Assembly (NCBI GenBank): GCA_965219345.1
Contig: OZ244732.1
Span: 1,760,001-1,824,000 of the forward strand
Length of the DNA: 64,000 bases
Source of the DNA: Nitrosopumilus sp.
Lineage (GTDB): Archaea; Thermoproteota; Nitrososphaeria; Nitrososphaerales; Nitrosopumilaceae
Direction: 5' to 3'
Positions 48,586 to 59,761 of the stretch are shown piece after piece (the stretch's first letter is position 1; every line of letters starts with the position of its first letter). A program made the translations under genes and the position numbers. Below the pieces are notes generated by a model, which saw nothing but the letters and a program-made list of their open reading frames with translations, did not search any database and was not told the origin of the DNA.

Positions 48586-49540
48586 GCGGGGCTTTTCCTG
48601 TAGATTCCAACTTCTTTAGACGTCTAGATTCTATCATTATTACAACTAGGATAAATGCAAAGAGCCACGGCAAAAACATAATTTCGCCTGCAATTTTGTG
48701 AAATTCTTCCCATGCCACAGGATCCGTAGTAACTTTTAGGGCATACCAAGATAACGAAAAAATTCTGATTAAATTTACAATAATTGTGCCAATAATTCCT
48801 AAAACAAAATACACAGCTTTTCTGTTTCTAGGAATATTCATCTTTAACATGAATGCACCAATTACCAAAGAGAAGATGATAATGCTGTGAACTCCTGCAG
48901 ATGGCCAAAATACTTGAAGTGCCATTGAACCATGTTCACCTCGTAAGAACATCACGTTATCTCTAGCTACTGCAGTTCCAAGATCAAGTATGGTAATTAA
49001 CCATACATTTGCCTGTACAAAATAAGGAACAACGTATTGTAATGGACCAAGAGTGTCATATGGGAAAAATGCATCAAGTGAAAGAATTATTGCAGTTCCA
49101 GATAGAAAGATGGGTCCTGCAGGAGCAATTCTAATCCACCGCTTCCCAAAGAAGATATGCAATGCAACAATGGCAAAAATTGCCATCACAACAAAGTCCC
49201 ACATCCACATCCATGAATAAATTAATTGTACATCAAATTGTTCTGCAGATTCTATAATGTAATCTCTTAACCCATATTCTAATGAAATTAGATACAAGAT
49301 AGTAACGAGTGCCATAGGAATTACTGCAAACAGTCGTTTTTTTGAAATGACAATTTTAAGACCAATGAGCTCAGCCACTAGAAAAACAACTGCAAAAAGA
49401 TAACCTCCTCTTCCTTCATTCCAACTAAAAGATATAGAATCTGGAAATGCAATCATTGCAAAAAGAATTGGACTGGAAATAATCAAAATTCCAAATATAA
49501 GATTCCAATTCCACATCATGTTTAACCTAAAAAATGGCAA
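48569..49540 (-). CDS. Thaumarchaeosortase (archaeosortase family)
   Basis: Multi-TM protein; SWNEGRGG, VFWPSAGVHS, NLIRI, FH..AGE. Confidence 0.85.
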   Translation of the reverse strand: MPFFRLNMMWNWNLIFGILIISSPILFAMIAFPDSISFSWNEGRGGYLFAVVFLVAELIGLKIVISKKRLFAVIPMALVTILYLISLEYGLRDYIIESAEQFDVQLIYSWMWMWDFVVMAIFAIVALHIFFGKRWIRIAPAGPIFLSGTAIILSLDAFFPYDTLGPLQYVVPYFVQANVWLITILDLGTAVARDNVMFLRGEHGSMALQVFWPSAGVHSIIIFSLVIGAFMLKMNIPRNRKAVYFVLGIIGTIIVNLIRIFSLSWYALKVTTDPVAWEEFHKIAGEIMFLPWLFAFILVVIMIESRRLKKLESTGKAPPRNSL

Positions 49541-49763
49541 ATAAATATCTCAACTTTACAAGGTCTAAAAATTCTTTAGTTCATCATAGAAATTGAGAAA
49601 AAGATGTTAATCCTCTATATCTTCTATTTCATCAGCTTCTGGATCTCGTTTATGAGGTCTAATTGGAACATAAATGAATGTCACAATAATTATTCAAACG
49701 ACTCAGAGATACATTCCAAGGTTACAAAAATTTGTCTAATTAGTAATTTCTAATACATCAAGG

Positions 49764-50243
49764 TCAATGATTGAGATTACATTCAACTTTAAGGGATTTG
49801 ACAGTTGTAAAATACGTAACAGTCAGAATTACAATAGCTATTATTCTAATTGGGATCTCATAATTGGTTAGAAACGCAGTAGCAGTAGCCCCAACAGAAC
49901 CAAATGTGGAGATTACTGCAAACCCAACGGGTCCACAGCTGCATACACCGGAAGCAGCACCAATAATTGAACCAAAAATTCCACCTCCCATTTTTTGTTT
50001 TGAACTTTTGAGGATATTTATCCTAAAAATGTTCATTGGGATAACCAATGCAGATGACGCCGAAAGTATTACAATTAGGATAAAGCCAAATTCACTTCCA
50101 GAAGGAAGATGAGCAACAACATAAGGTTCTAAGAAAATATATTCGGATAATATCAATAAACCAACTAACATCGATACAAAAATTACAGATGATAAGAGAA
50201 CATATTTGGAATTAGAGTATACGAGTTTAGTTGTTTGTACCAT
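49764..50243 (-). CDS. Membrane protein with a CSC motif, downstream of the DsbA gene
   Basis: Four hydrophobic helices; GVCSCG. Confidence 0.75.
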   Translation of the reverse strand: MVQTTKLVYSNSKYVLLSSVIFVSMLVGLLILSEYIFLEPYVVAHLPSGSEFGFILIVILSASSALVIPMNIFRINILKSSKQKMGGGIFGSIIGAASGVCSCGPVGFAVISTFGSVGATATAFLTNYEIPIRIIAIVILTVTYFTTVKSLKVECNLNH

Positions 50244-50903
50244 TTAGATCATAGGATCCAATATTTGTTTAAAGACAGAGAAGGGTTGTGCTCCGCCAAT
50301 TTGTTGTTGTCCATTAGGGCCAACAATGAAGAATCCAGGAGTTCCTTTTACACCATTTTCTCTTGCTTGTTGTATGTTATACTGTACACGTTTAGAATAT
50401 TTTCCAGAATCAAGACAACTTTCAAACAGTTCCATATCAAGTTCTAAGCTATCTGCAAAAGCTTTGAGTCTTTCAGAATTTGCCCATCCATTATCTACAT
50501 GTTCTTGAAAATTGTATAGGACGTCGTGGTATTCCCAATACATTCCTTGGTCTTCAGCACAATATGATGCTTGAGCTGCCCTCGGAGAATCTTTTCCCAA
50601 GAATGCCAAATCAACAAATACTAGATTTGCTTTTCCAGTATCAATATAATCTAGGACTATTGCGGATTTTGTATTATGAAACCATGCATAACATTGTTCA
50701 CATTGATAATCACCAAATTCAACAATAGTAATTGTGGCAGATGGATCACCTAAAATTGGCGAGCCCATAGCCGTAGAAATAGTACCATGGGTTCGGCCCA
50801 TATCAAGATTTACAGTTTCAGATGAAGGTAATGAGTATGATGCAGCTATTCCAACAACAATTGCTGCAACAATGACGCCTATAATTACACCATTCTTATT
50901 CAT
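50244..50903 (-). CDS. DsbA-family thioredoxin-fold protein
   Basis: EFGDYQCEQC, GVKGTPGF, GAQP; N-terminal anchor. Confidence 0.92.
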   Translation of the reverse strand: MNKNGVIIGVIVAAIVVGIAASYSLPSSETVNLDMGRTHGTISTAMGSPILGDPSATITIVEFGDYQCEQCYAWFHNTKSAIVLDYIDTGKANLVFVDLAFLGKDSPRAAQASYCAEDQGMYWEYHDVLYNFQEHVDNGWANSERLKAFADSLELDMELFESCLDSGKYSKRVQYNIQQARENGVKGTPGFFIVGPNGQQQIGGAQPFSVFKQILDPMI

Positions 50904-50934
50904 AATCTAAAACAGTAAAAATGGCTAAAAAAAC

Positions 50935-51132
50935 TTATTCCAAATTTCTGGACGATTTTCGTTTAAAAATATTTACAAATTTTGAGATAACAGTATCAAT
51001 TGGACACACCTCGCAAGCAACATTTGATGAATGTCGGTCAAAATGCTTTTCAAATTTTTCTCGTGATTCAAAAATTAAATCACATCTAGTACAATAAACC
51101 TTGGTTACATTATGTTTTGATGCTCTTTTCAT
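50935..51132 (-). CDS. Small C2H2 zinc-finger protein
   Basis: CTRC..F......KH...H plus CEVC. Confidence 0.75.
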   Translation of the reverse strand: MKRASKHNVTKVYCTRCDLIFESREKFEKHFDRHSSNVACEVCPIDTVISKFVNIFKRKSSRNLE

Positions 51133-51219
51133 AATTAACTTCTGCGATTAGTGCTTATAAAGATCCTGTATAGTTATAGAAATATCAAAAATTAAAAGAA
51201 ACACAATTTTTAAACAGAT

Positions 51220-51588
51220 TTAAAGATAATGTATTCGCATGTGGACATTAAGTTCAACTTCATATCTTGTTACAAATCCACAATGTGTACATGAAAACAT
51301 ATCAGATTGAGGTGCGGTATCTCTCTCTATGGTTTTACCAGAGATTGATTTAATACTTATAATTTCATTATTGGCGATTACAGCAAAATTGTTACCTTCT
51401 CCAATTGAATCTAAAAATTCTTTAATTGAAGTGATAACTGTATTAGTATCAATAACTTCATCATCGTCTAAAGTAGATAGAGTAAATTGATGATGCTTTA
51501 GAGTTGGAATAGCGGCAGCTTGATCCGAAACATAAACAAGTAATTCATTTTTTATTGATAAAACATCCTTGCAATCAATTGTAAGCAT
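51220..51588 (-). CDS. C2H2 zinc-finger protein
   Basis: C-terminal CTHCGF.....L..HMRIH. Confidence 0.8.
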   Translation of the reverse strand: MLTIDCKDVLSIKNELLVYVSDQAAAIPTLKHHQFTLSTLDDDEVIDTNTVITSIKEFLDSIGEGNNFAVIANNEIISIKSISGKTIERDTAPQSDMFSCTHCGFVTRYEVELNVHMRIHYL

Positions 51589-51660
51589 GAAATTTCAGGG
51601 TCAAATCAGTATTTTAGTTTAACAATGATTATTATGGTTTGACATAGTAAAATTTACTAG

Positions 51661-52047
51661 ATGGCAATTTCAGAAACATTTGGAATTGAGAAAGGTCAGG
51701 GGGAAGAAGTCATTACATGGCTAAATGGGCAAGCAAAATCTCAAGGTACAAAACTGGAAGCAAGACTATATGGTTATGATATTTCCACTAAAAATTTTGG
51801 AGATTTTGAAATGTTTTCATGGATAGGAGATGTGCAAATTGCAAGAAAGTTGATCATCAAAGCAAGTAAACGATTCAGGATAAAAATTATTGAAGGAGGA
51901 TACAAACCAAAAGAAAAAGTGTTTAGAATGAGGAAATTTGATTATGCAAAAGTCAAAAGAGGGGATAAAACAATAGGGCAGTTAGAATTCGTAGTATCAA
52001 GACTAGGAAATAATCAATGGGAAGTTCAAAATGAAGAACGCCATTAA
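51661..52047 (+). CDS. Hypothetical protein
   Basis: 128-aa ORF directly upstream of the oxidoreductase. Confidence 0.75.
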   Translation: MAISETFGIEKGQGEEVITWLNGQAKSQGTKLEARLYGYDISTKNFGDFEMFSWIGDVQIARKLIIKASKRFRIKIIEGGYKPKEKVFRMRKFDYAKVKRGDKTIGQLEFVVSRLGNNQWEVQNEERH

Positions 52048-52059
52048 ACTTACAATTGT

Positions 52060-52953
52060 ATGGAACAAGAAAAGATGAAAAAAATAGGAATTATTGGACT
52101 TGGAATATTAGGAAATGCAGTTGCCTTACATTTACTTAATTCAGGTTTTGAAGTGACAGTTTACAATAGAACAGAAGAAAAAACAATACAAGTAAGAGAA
52201 AAAGGAGCAAAAGTTGTAACATCACCAAAAGAGGTTGCAAAGAATTCAGAATTAATCATTATAGTAGTAAAAGATGCAACAGCAGTGAAAGAAATTTCAT
52301 TTGGAAAAGACGGAATCATAGAAGGAAAATATGAGAAATTAATTGTTGCAGATATGAGTACTATCGATCCATCAGAATCTAAAAATATTTCAAAAAAATT
52401 TCATGAACATAATATCAATAAATTAGATATTCCTGTAATGGGTGGGCCAAATGTTGCCATCACAGGAAATTTGGTCATGATGGTATCAGGAAACAAAGAA
52501 AGTTTTGATTATTGTAAAAATGTCTTTGAAAAAATTGCAAACAAAGTATTTTTTCTAGGAGAAAGTGGTGTAGCCCACTCTATTAAACTAGCCATGAATC
52601 TACAAATAACTATGCTTGCACTAGCGTTATCTGAAGGAATTACTCTTGTCAAAAAGGCAGATGTAGATCCAAAAATTTTTCTTGAAGTTTTAAACTCCAC
52701 ATATTTCAAAACTGGAATGAGTGAAAAAAAGGCATTCAAGATGATTGATGGGAACTATGAAACTACATTCACACTTAGTAATCTAAAAAAAGACATTAAC
52801 ACAATAACAAGTGCTGCAAAATCATTAGGAATTGAACTTCCAATGGTCAAAAAAGCAGAACAAGTGTATGAAAAGGCCGTAAAAGAGGGATTTGGGAAAA
52901 TAGACTATACAGGAATTATCGAATACATCAAAAAAATTAATGATCTCAAATAA
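52060..52953 (+). CDS. NAD(P)-dependent beta-hydroxyacid dehydrogenase family protein
   Basis: IGLGILG, YNRT, DMSTI, PVMGG, KLAMN, KKD. Confidence 0.92.
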   Translation: MEQEKMKKIGIIGLGILGNAVALHLLNSGFEVTVYNRTEEKTIQVREKGAKVVTSPKEVAKNSELIIIVVKDATAVKEISFGKDGIIEGKYEKLIVADMSTIDPSESKNISKKFHEHNINKLDIPVMGGPNVAITGNLVMMVSGNKESFDYCKNVFEKIANKVFFLGESGVAHSIKLAMNLQITMLALALSEGITLVKKADVDPKIFLEVLNSTYFKTGMSEKKAFKMIDGNYETTFTLSNLKKDINTITSAAKSLGIELPMVKKAEQVYEKAVKEGFGKIDYTGIIEYIKKINDLK

Positions 52954-53014
52954 AATCAAAATTACGAATGGATCTAAACAAAAATTCTATAAGTTATGAC
53001 AATAACACAATTTT

Positions 53015-53776
53015 ATGCGATTAAAGGATAAAGTTGTAATTGTCACAGGAGCATCAAGTGATATAGGCAAAGGAATTGTAAAGAGGTTTGTAGAAGAAGG
53101 TGCCAAAGTTGTTCTAGTTGCAAGAAATCTAGAAGGATTAGAAAAAACTAGAAAAGAAGTAGGAAATGATGAGCCTACTACATCAATTACCTGTGATTTG
53201 AAGGATGAATTACAAGTGTTACAAGCTGTAAATCAAATTATGGATACATATGGCAAAATTGATATTTTGGTGAACAGTGCAGGAGCAATTAATGATCCGG
53301 TACATTTTCACGATATGAGGGATTCAGAAATTAAAAAACTCATTGACATAAACTTGTTAGGTGTATTTCACATGACAAAGGCAGTGCTTTCAAAAATGTC
53401 AGATGTCAAAAGTGGGTCAATTGTAAACATTGGTTCCATTTCAAGTGAAAGGGCAATTCCAAGAGTTCATTTGGCTGTATATTCTGCCACTAAGGCGGCA
53501 ATTTCGATGTTTACAAAATCAATTGCTATAGAATATGCAAGAAGACATATCAGATGCAATTGTGTTAATCCAGGGATTATCAATTCAGGAATGATAAAGC
53601 CATATCTTGATGATCCTCAAGCAAGAAAAGTTCTAGAGGAAAGATTACCACTCGCCAGAATAGGAGAACCAGTAGATGTTGCAAATGCAGCACTCTATTT
53701 AGCTTCAGATGAGGCAAGTTGGGTTACAGGAATTATTCTGAATGTTGATGGCGGTAAAACAGCTTCAGAAGGATAA
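53015..53776 (+). CDS. Short-chain dehydrogenase/reductase
   Basis: [21 protein letters not shown]. Confidence 0.93.
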   Translation: MRLKDKVVIVTGASSDIGKGIVKRFVEEGAKVVLVARNLEGLEKTRKEVGNDEPTTSITCDLKDELQVLQAVNQIMDTYGKIDILVNSAGAINDPVHFHDMRDSEIKKLIDINLLGVFHMTKAVLSKMSDVKSGSIVNIGSISSERAIPRVHLAVYSATKAAISMFTKSIAIEYARRHIRCNCVNPGIINSGMIKPYLDDPQARKVLEERLPLARIGEPVDVANAALYLASDEASWVTGIILNVDGGKTASEG

Positions 53777-54346
53777 TCATTTCTGAAGTAATGTTTTTGC
53801 AAGTAATTGTGATACTCGTATAGGTTCTGGAACAGAACCATGTAATGTTAATTTATTCAGAAGATGTTTTACATCTACTAAAGTACAACCCTCTTTTCTA
53901 ACAAAAACATCATAAGAAGTGTTTAAAGAAATTTTTTCGCGTTTATCTAATTTTTGGTATGCAGAAATTTTTGATTCAAACGAATTTGGAAAATGATTCT
54001 TGATAGCATCTTCAATCCCTTCAGATGCATTGTATGATATTCCAATTATCGGAATTCTTAGAGAATCGTATAATTTTTTAATGTTTATGATATTATACAT
54101 AGATACTATCAAACCAGAAATCAAAACATAACTAATATCAGGTCTTTGAAGTTCATCATACATCTCCAATATTGTGTCAGTGGCATCATCCCCTTCTAAG
54201 GTAGCACTTCCAAAGACAAACCCATCGATCACAAAATCTCGTCGCATTACAATTCCAGCAAAGATAGATTTTGAAGAATTTTGTTTGAAGCTTTCAGCAA
54301 TTGCGAGTCCACGTAACCCCTTTTTCTCAAGATGAAGAGATCTCAT
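53777..54346 (-). CDS. DUF99 / endonuclease V-like protein
   Basis: IDGF, GDDAT, YNII, PEP.R motifs. Confidence 0.8.
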   Translation of the reverse strand: MRSLHLEKKGLRGLAIAESFKQNSSKSIFAGIVMRRDFVIDGFVFGSATLEGDDATDTILEMYDELQRPDISYVLISGLIVSMYNIINIKKLYDSLRIPIIGISYNASEGIEDAIKNHFPNSFESKISAYQKLDKREKISLNTSYDVFVRKEGCTLVDVKHLLNKLTLHGSVPEPIRVSQLLAKTLLQK

Positions 54347-54452
54347 GATTCTTTCTCCTCAGATATACACGATAACTTAGTCCAGTAACTATCATAATAA
54401 TTCCAGTTACCACTGACCACATTACAAGAGATGAGATTGCAGATTCATCCAC
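54327..54452 (-). CDS. 41-aa single-TM microprotein
   Basis: GTG start; MDESAISSLVMWSVVTGIIMIVTGLSYRVYLRRKNHEISSS*; overlaps the DUF99 start. Confidence 0.45.
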   Translation of the reverse strand: MDESAISSLVMWSVVTGIIMIVTGLSYRVYLRRKNHEISSS

Positions 54453-54558
54453 AATGAATTATGAATTCCTAAACATCTAAAGTTTCGGTTAACTAGGAAT
54501 AAATAATTTTCATGACAAAATCTGAAACATCTAAATAGATTTAATACGGACTGAATTC

Positions 54559-54768
54559 ATGCCTGAATTCATATGTCCTGATTGTGGAAAACGACTATTT
54601 CATGAAAATGAAACTACATTAGACATAGAAAAAACAGTTCATTCAAAATTCTGTAGAAAGGAAGAGGGGGAAACTCACAGTTTTATGCACAGAGACCCTG
54701 CACATATGCAAACTTTTGATTCAGAAAGAAAAAATGATACAGCAGGCGCTGCTATTTTGAAAAAATAG
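54559..54768 (+). CDS. Small Zn-finger-like protein
   Basis: CPDCG...H..FC. Confidence 0.7.
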   Translation: MPEFICPDCGKRLFHENETTLDIEKTVHSKFCRKEEGETHSFMHRDPAHMQTFDSERKNDTAGAAILKK

Positions 54769-54819
54769 TTCCTACAACACACCTCAAAATTATATTCTAG
54801 GTAGGATGATTCAAGTTAA

Positions 54820-56034
54820 TTGTCGGAAGAATGTCATTATGATTTAGTAGTTGTAGGCGGGGGTCCAGCAGGATCATCTGCAGCGATGGTAGCGGCAAAA
54901 AATGGAATCAAAGTTGCATTGCTTGAAAAAGAAAGTTCTATTGCAGAGACAGTTAGAACTAGTGGAGTAACATGGATTCAAAGTATCAAAGAATTTGGAA
55001 TTCCAGAGGATTGTTTTAATCCAATTAGAAATTTTTCATTTTGTTCACCAAATAATGAAATTACTATCAATGACTCAGTCCCCAGAGCGGCAGTTTTAGA
55101 TGTAAGAAAAACATACAGATGGTTAGCACATGAAGCAGAAAAAGCTGGTGCAGATATTTTTCTTAAAATTAATGTCAATCAGGTAATAAAAAATGACAAA
55201 GGAGACATCGTAGGGGTAAGTGGAGTTGGACCCAATGGAAAAATAACATTTCATTCCAAAGTAGTAATTGACGCAAGTGGATTTCCTTCAACAGTTTGTA
55301 AAGCAATGGGTTTTGTAACTCAATGGGAAAGATTTGGTGCAGGAGCTGAATATGAAGCAAAAGTGGGGAATGTAGATTCTGAAACATGGTGGTTAATGGT
55401 AGGAAAACAATATTCGCCAGCAGGATATGCGTGGATTTTTCCTTTAGGAAACAATATTGTAAGAATTGGAGTAGGCATAGGTAAACCAGAATCAAATGTT
55501 GACCCAACACAAAGACTAGAAGAACTAATGAAAAAACAACTGGGTCCGATTAAAAAACTAGGAAAAATAACACCATTAGAATTTCATTATGGACTAATCC
55601 CAAATGACGGATTATCAAGAAAAACAGTCTTTAACAATTTGATACTTGTTGGAGATTCAGCTGGACAGGCAAATCCTCTTGTTTTAGAAGGAATTAGATA
55701 CGCAATAAAATTTGGGAGAGTAGCAGGAAAGGTATCATCAGACGCCATTAAATCTGGAAAGACAGATGAGACTGTACTTTATTCATACGAAAAAAATTGG
55801 AGAAATGAGATTGAGTCAAAAATCAAATCTGCAGGAAAAGTCCAGGACAGATGGATTGGTCTATCAGATGAGGAATGGGACAAAGAATTAGATATTATCA
55901 AAGAATTAAAAGCTGAAGAATTTCTTGATTTCATAAAAGCTGATTTTGGGTTATCTAATATGGTTAAATTAGCAACACATCATCCAAAACTTGCTGTAAG
56001 ACAACTCTTCAATTTAGTTAAAGGAAAAAACTAA
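54820..56034 (+). CDS. Geranylgeranyl reductase family (DGGGPL reductase-like)
   Basis: GGGPAG, PAGYAWIFP, GDSAGQANPL..EGI. Confidence 0.92.
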   Translation: MSEECHYDLVVVGGGPAGSSAAMVAAKNGIKVALLEKESSIAETVRTSGVTWIQSIKEFGIPEDCFNPIRNFSFCSPNNEITINDSVPRAAVLDVRKTYRWLAHEAEKAGADIFLKINVNQVIKNDKGDIVGVSGVGPNGKITFHSKVVIDASGFPSTVCKAMGFVTQWERFGAGAEYEAKVGNVDSETWWLMVGKQYSPAGYAWIFPLGNNIVRIGVGIGKPESNVDPTQRLEELMKKQLGPIKKLGKITPLEFHYGLIPNDGLSRKTVFNNLILVGDSAGQANPLVLEGIRYAIKFGRVAGKVSSDAIKSGKTDETVLYSYEKNWRNEIESKIKSAGKVQDRWIGLSDEEWDKELDIIKELKAEEFLDFIKADFGLSNMVKLATHHPKLAVRQLFNLVKGKN

Positions 56035-58992
56035 TTATCTTACATTAAAAAAGTCAGTTACTATCATATCATGATACTGTAACTGAGCAACATAAACTCC
56101 AGAATCAAATGGTTTTGACAATACTTCAGTAAATAATCCTGAAGAATTATCTTTTAGTGCAATCTCTTCAATCAGAGTACCTCTTTGATCATATACATCA
56201 ACAAAAAGATCCTCTCTAAACGCGATAGTCTTTTGAACGGCACCAGATACTATCAATTTATCATTGTCATAACTTGCTTCAATCACTGCAACACGTGATC
56301 TTATAGGAAGATATCTTTCAATAATTGTTTTGAGTTCATTTAGATCATCATCTACATTTTCAGCATTCCTGTTACTAAAACTAGACTTGATTTCATTAAT
56401 TACGGAAACAAATCTAGGATTTTCATAAAAATTCTCCCCGCCGAATTCTTTTGCAAATGACTTTAATTCCTCAAATTCGCGTGCTAGATCAACCATGTTC
56501 AAATCAGATTGGCCGTATTCATAATCAAACTTCTCTTCAATATGAACAATCTGAGTGGCCTTTGAATTTTGATATTGTAACATCACAACATAAAGGCCAG
56601 GATCTGTTGGTGCAGCCCACTGGGTGTAAAAGTTGCCCTGTTTAGTATCAGTGAATTCCAAACTACTATGAGCACTGCCATCCATATTGTAAACAGTGAC
56701 ATGCAGATTTTTTCTCTTTTCAAATATTGGTTTGTCAGTAGCTCCTTTGATGATCCAAATGTCTTTTTCAGTATCAAATGAGATATCATAGATAATTTTA
56801 GGATTATGAAGAACCAAATATTCACTAAGATAATCTCCAATCTCCAAAATCTTAGATTCCGCATCAACAAAATTTGTTATCTCAATTAACTCATAGGCAT
56901 CGTCCATCATCATATTATAGCCATCAACGTGTGCAGAGAATTCGCTATTATAGAAAGTAGAAACTGTATTTGAGAATGCATCTAGTTTTTCACGGAATTC
57001 AATACGTTTGATTTCATCTACACTGTATCCTACATCAGAACCATGTGGATTATCAGCATATGCTTTAGAAACAAGAGTCCATTCACTAAACAGGTCACGG
57101 ACTTGAGCGTCGGCTTGATCAAGATCATTTTTGATTACTAGATCTCTCACATCATCAATTTTTTCATTAATTGTCTCAGTAAATTCAATATAATTTGGTA
57201 AAAAGCGATTCTTAGTCAGACTTAGTTCAACAAGATTTTCAAGTGATTTTGCTCTCTGTAAAACATCACTAGCACGAACTTTGAATGCATCTTTGTTATA
57301 AGAATCCAAATCTGTTTTAATTTGAGGAGCTTTTTCACTGACCCATGTTAACAAAACCTCAATTCTATCAATTCTAGTAATTGAGGGATTTCCAGATTCC
57401 ATTTGTTTAGCAGTATCTAAAATTTTTAAAGCATTATCAATTAAAAACAGATTTTCATAGTCTGCTTGAAGTTCAGCCTTCTCTTTCATGGTTTTATATT
57501 GAAATTCCAAAATGAACAAAGGATTTCGTTTCTCTCGTAGTTCAGTTATTGATTGATCAAACATTGAAATAGTTTCTAAAATCTCGCCCACTGATTCTGC
57601 ATTTCCAACTCTTTCCAAAAGCAATTTCCATTCATCTACAAGGGCAGAACCAGCACCGCTTGTCTGTGAAATCTGAATACTTTTACTAATTCGTGATGAG
57701 ATCTCTATAATCTGAGTCATTTGATGAATTTCAGATTCAGATTCCAAAATATCCTCAACTGAAGTTGCAAATACCAAATCAGATTCTAATTTGCTCCAAT
57801 CAGGCATTATCAAATTTGCAAGGTCGCTATTTTCTTGAGAATTAGAAGAAACAAATCTATCAACTGTATCTAGCTGTCGCAAAAGTATTGCTGCTTTATG
57901 TAATTCCGATACAGAAGTCTTTGATGCAATTAATTCCGAAATAGATTCTTTTCCCTCTAATGAAGGCTTGATAGTTTCCCAATTATTTTGAACAAGTCTG
58001 TAAAGATCACTTTGCTTTCGTGACACAACATCAAGATATCTCGATTTTGTAAGAATATCAATGAGTTCAGTGATTTCGTCAGAGTAAATTGGAGCCGTGC
58101 CTCTAGCAAAGATAAAGCCAATTTCATTTTTTACAGACTTGCTCATTATCGTATCAGATTTTTTCATCAAGTTTAGTAATGTTTCTTCTAATTCATCAAA
58201 AGTTGGCGCTCTTGTACTAGTTATTTTTTCAGGATTAGCATTTCTAATATCAACAAAGACATCAGTTAACAAATCAATAGCTTTTACTTTGTCACCAATT
58301 TCATAATAAAATACTGCTGCAAAAATTGTTCTGTCGATAGACTTTGCAACATCAAAAGATATCTCATCTTCATTTAATAATTGCTCTACAGAGTCTAATG
58401 ATGAAGATACTGCAGGTCTGATTAATGGTTCTATTTCAATAATCAAATCATCTATAAAGAATTCATCCCACAAATCAACATAAACAGATTCCAACTCAGA
58501 CAAATTAGCAGAAGTTTGATTTGATATTGGAGATGAAATGCCAAATATTTCACTAATTAACGATGCATGATCTGATACCAAGTTTTGTGCTAAAGAAATC
58601 TTTTGGCTATTATTTTGTTCAGCAAAAAAATCAGAAGAAACATTGAAGGCAGTAGATTTTGAATAATTGCCATAGAATAATTTAATTTCATATTCACCAG
58701 AAATCCCACAAATTCTACCTTTTAATGGGATTATATCTGTGATAAAAACACCATTTGGTAATGGCATGAGTTGTTGGATTTGACACAGATCACCAAGAGG
58801 ATTAATTATTTGCATTATCAGAAAAGAATCATCTGAGATGTTTGCAACTTGGCCATAAATGAATAGAGGTGCACCATGGTCATAATTACCAAAATTTTCA
58901 ATAATTATGATCCTATCTGGACTTTGAGCAGAAGCATATACTGGCATTAAAAGAATGACAATCATGCTTAAAACAACAGGAATTTGTCTCAC
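56035..58992 (-). CDS. Large secreted protein with Ig-like domains and a helical core
   Basis: Signal peptide (YASA|Q); three beta-rich repeats ending G.Y...L.Y. Confidence 0.8.
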   Translation of the reverse strand: MRQIPVVLSMIVILLMPVYASAQSPDRIIIIENFGNYDHGAPLFIYGQVANISDDSFLIMQIINPLGDLCQIQQLMPLPNGVFITDIIPLKGRICGISGEYEIKLFYGNYSKSTAFNVSSDFFAEQNNSQKISLAQNLVSDHASLISEIFGISSPISNQTSANLSELESVYVDLWDEFFIDDLIIEIEPLIRPAVSSSLDSVEQLLNEDEISFDVAKSIDRTIFAAVFYYEIGDKVKAIDLLTDVFVDIRNANPEKITSTRAPTFDELEETLLNLMKKSDTIMSKSVKNEIGFIFARGTAPIYSDEITELIDILTKSRYLDVVSRKQSDLYRLVQNNWETIKPSLEGKESISELIASKTSVSELHKAAILLRQLDTVDRFVSSNSQENSDLANLIMPDWSKLESDLVFATSVEDILESESEIHQMTQIIEISSRISKSIQISQTSGAGSALVDEWKLLLERVGNAESVGEILETISMFDQSITELREKRNPLFILEFQYKTMKEKAELQADYENLFLIDNALKILDTAKQMESGNPSITRIDRIEVLLTWVSEKAPQIKTDLDSYNKDAFKVRASDVLQRAKSLENLVELSLTKNRFLPNYIEFTETINEKIDDVRDLVIKNDLDQADAQVRDLFSEWTLVSKAYADNPHGSDVGYSVDEIKRIEFREKLDAFSNTVSTFYNSEFSAHVDGYNMMMDDAYELIEITNFVDAESKILEIGDYLSEYLVLHNPKIIYDISFDTEKDIWIIKGATDKPIFEKRKNLHVTVYNMDGSAHSSLEFTDTKQGNFYTQWAAPTDPGLYVVMLQYQNSKATQIVHIEEKFDYEYGQSDLNMVDLAREFEELKSFAKEFGGENFYENPRFVSVINEIKSSFSNRNAENVDDDLNELKTIIERYLPIRSRVAVIEASYDNDKLIVSGAVQKTIAFREDLFVDVYDQRGTLIEEIALKDNSSGLFTEVLSKPFDSGVYVAQLQYHDMIVTDFFNVR

Positions 58993-59100
58993 AAATATCC
59001 AAATCGATGCTCATCTTACTTAAAAGATAGGCAGCTATACTACGAATATTTTTGATTTGAAAAAATCAAGGTTATAATGGAAATATAAAAATAAAAAATC

Positions 59101-59730
59101 ATGGATGGGGTTAAAAAAACGTTTGACAAATGGGCTGAAAATGGCAGGGCAGAATTAATGGAGAAAGAGCATGGGAATAATGTCTCGAAATTTTTGCAAA
59201 CGATATCATTTGATAAAGCATTTACATTTCTTGATGTTGGATGTGGTAATGGGTGGGTAGTAAGAAAAATTGCAAAAGAAAATAATTGCAAAAAATCTAT
59301 GGGGATTGATATTAGTAAGAAGATGATTACTCAAGCTAAAAAGAAAAAGGAAGATAACAAAGAAGAGTTTTTTCATACAGATGTTGAATCTTGGAATTAT
59401 AAAGGAAAGTTTAATTTCATTTTCTCAATGGAATCACTTTACTATGTAGACTCGATTGAAATGACACTTGATAAAATCTACAAATTATTGAAGCCTAATG
59501 GACAATTTTTCTGTGGAACAGATTTTTACTCAGACAACATTGCAACCGCAAGATGGGCAAACATTATGAAAATACAGATGCATCTTCATTCAAAAAAAGA
59601 ATGGAAAAAGTTTTTTCAAAATGCAGGGTTTGTAGTAAAAACAAAACACATCAAAGACATGAAAAACAAAAAGAAGTGGAAAAGAGATTTTGGGACTTTA
59701 TTCATAATAGGCACAAAACCTGAAAAGTAA
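59101..59730 (+). CDS. Class I SAM-dependent methyltransferase
   Basis: LDVGCGNG, GIDIS..M, LKPNG. Confidence 0.9.
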   Translation: MDGVKKTFDKWAENGRAELMEKEHGNNVSKFLQTISFDKAFTFLDVGCGNGWVVRKIAKENNCKKSMGIDISKKMITQAKKKKEDNKEEFFHTDVESWNYKGKFNFIFSMESLYYVDSIEMTLDKIYKLLKPNGQFFCGTDFYSDNIATARWANIMKIQMHLHSKKEWKKFFQNAGFVVKTKHIKDMKNKKKWKRDFGTLFIIGTKPEK

Positions 59731-59761
59731 AACTCAAATGCAATAAAGGAATGTTATTTTC

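Noticed and set aside
49605-49690. 25-codon minus-strand ORF upstream of the archaeosortase
   Set aside because: Too short, with no motif support.
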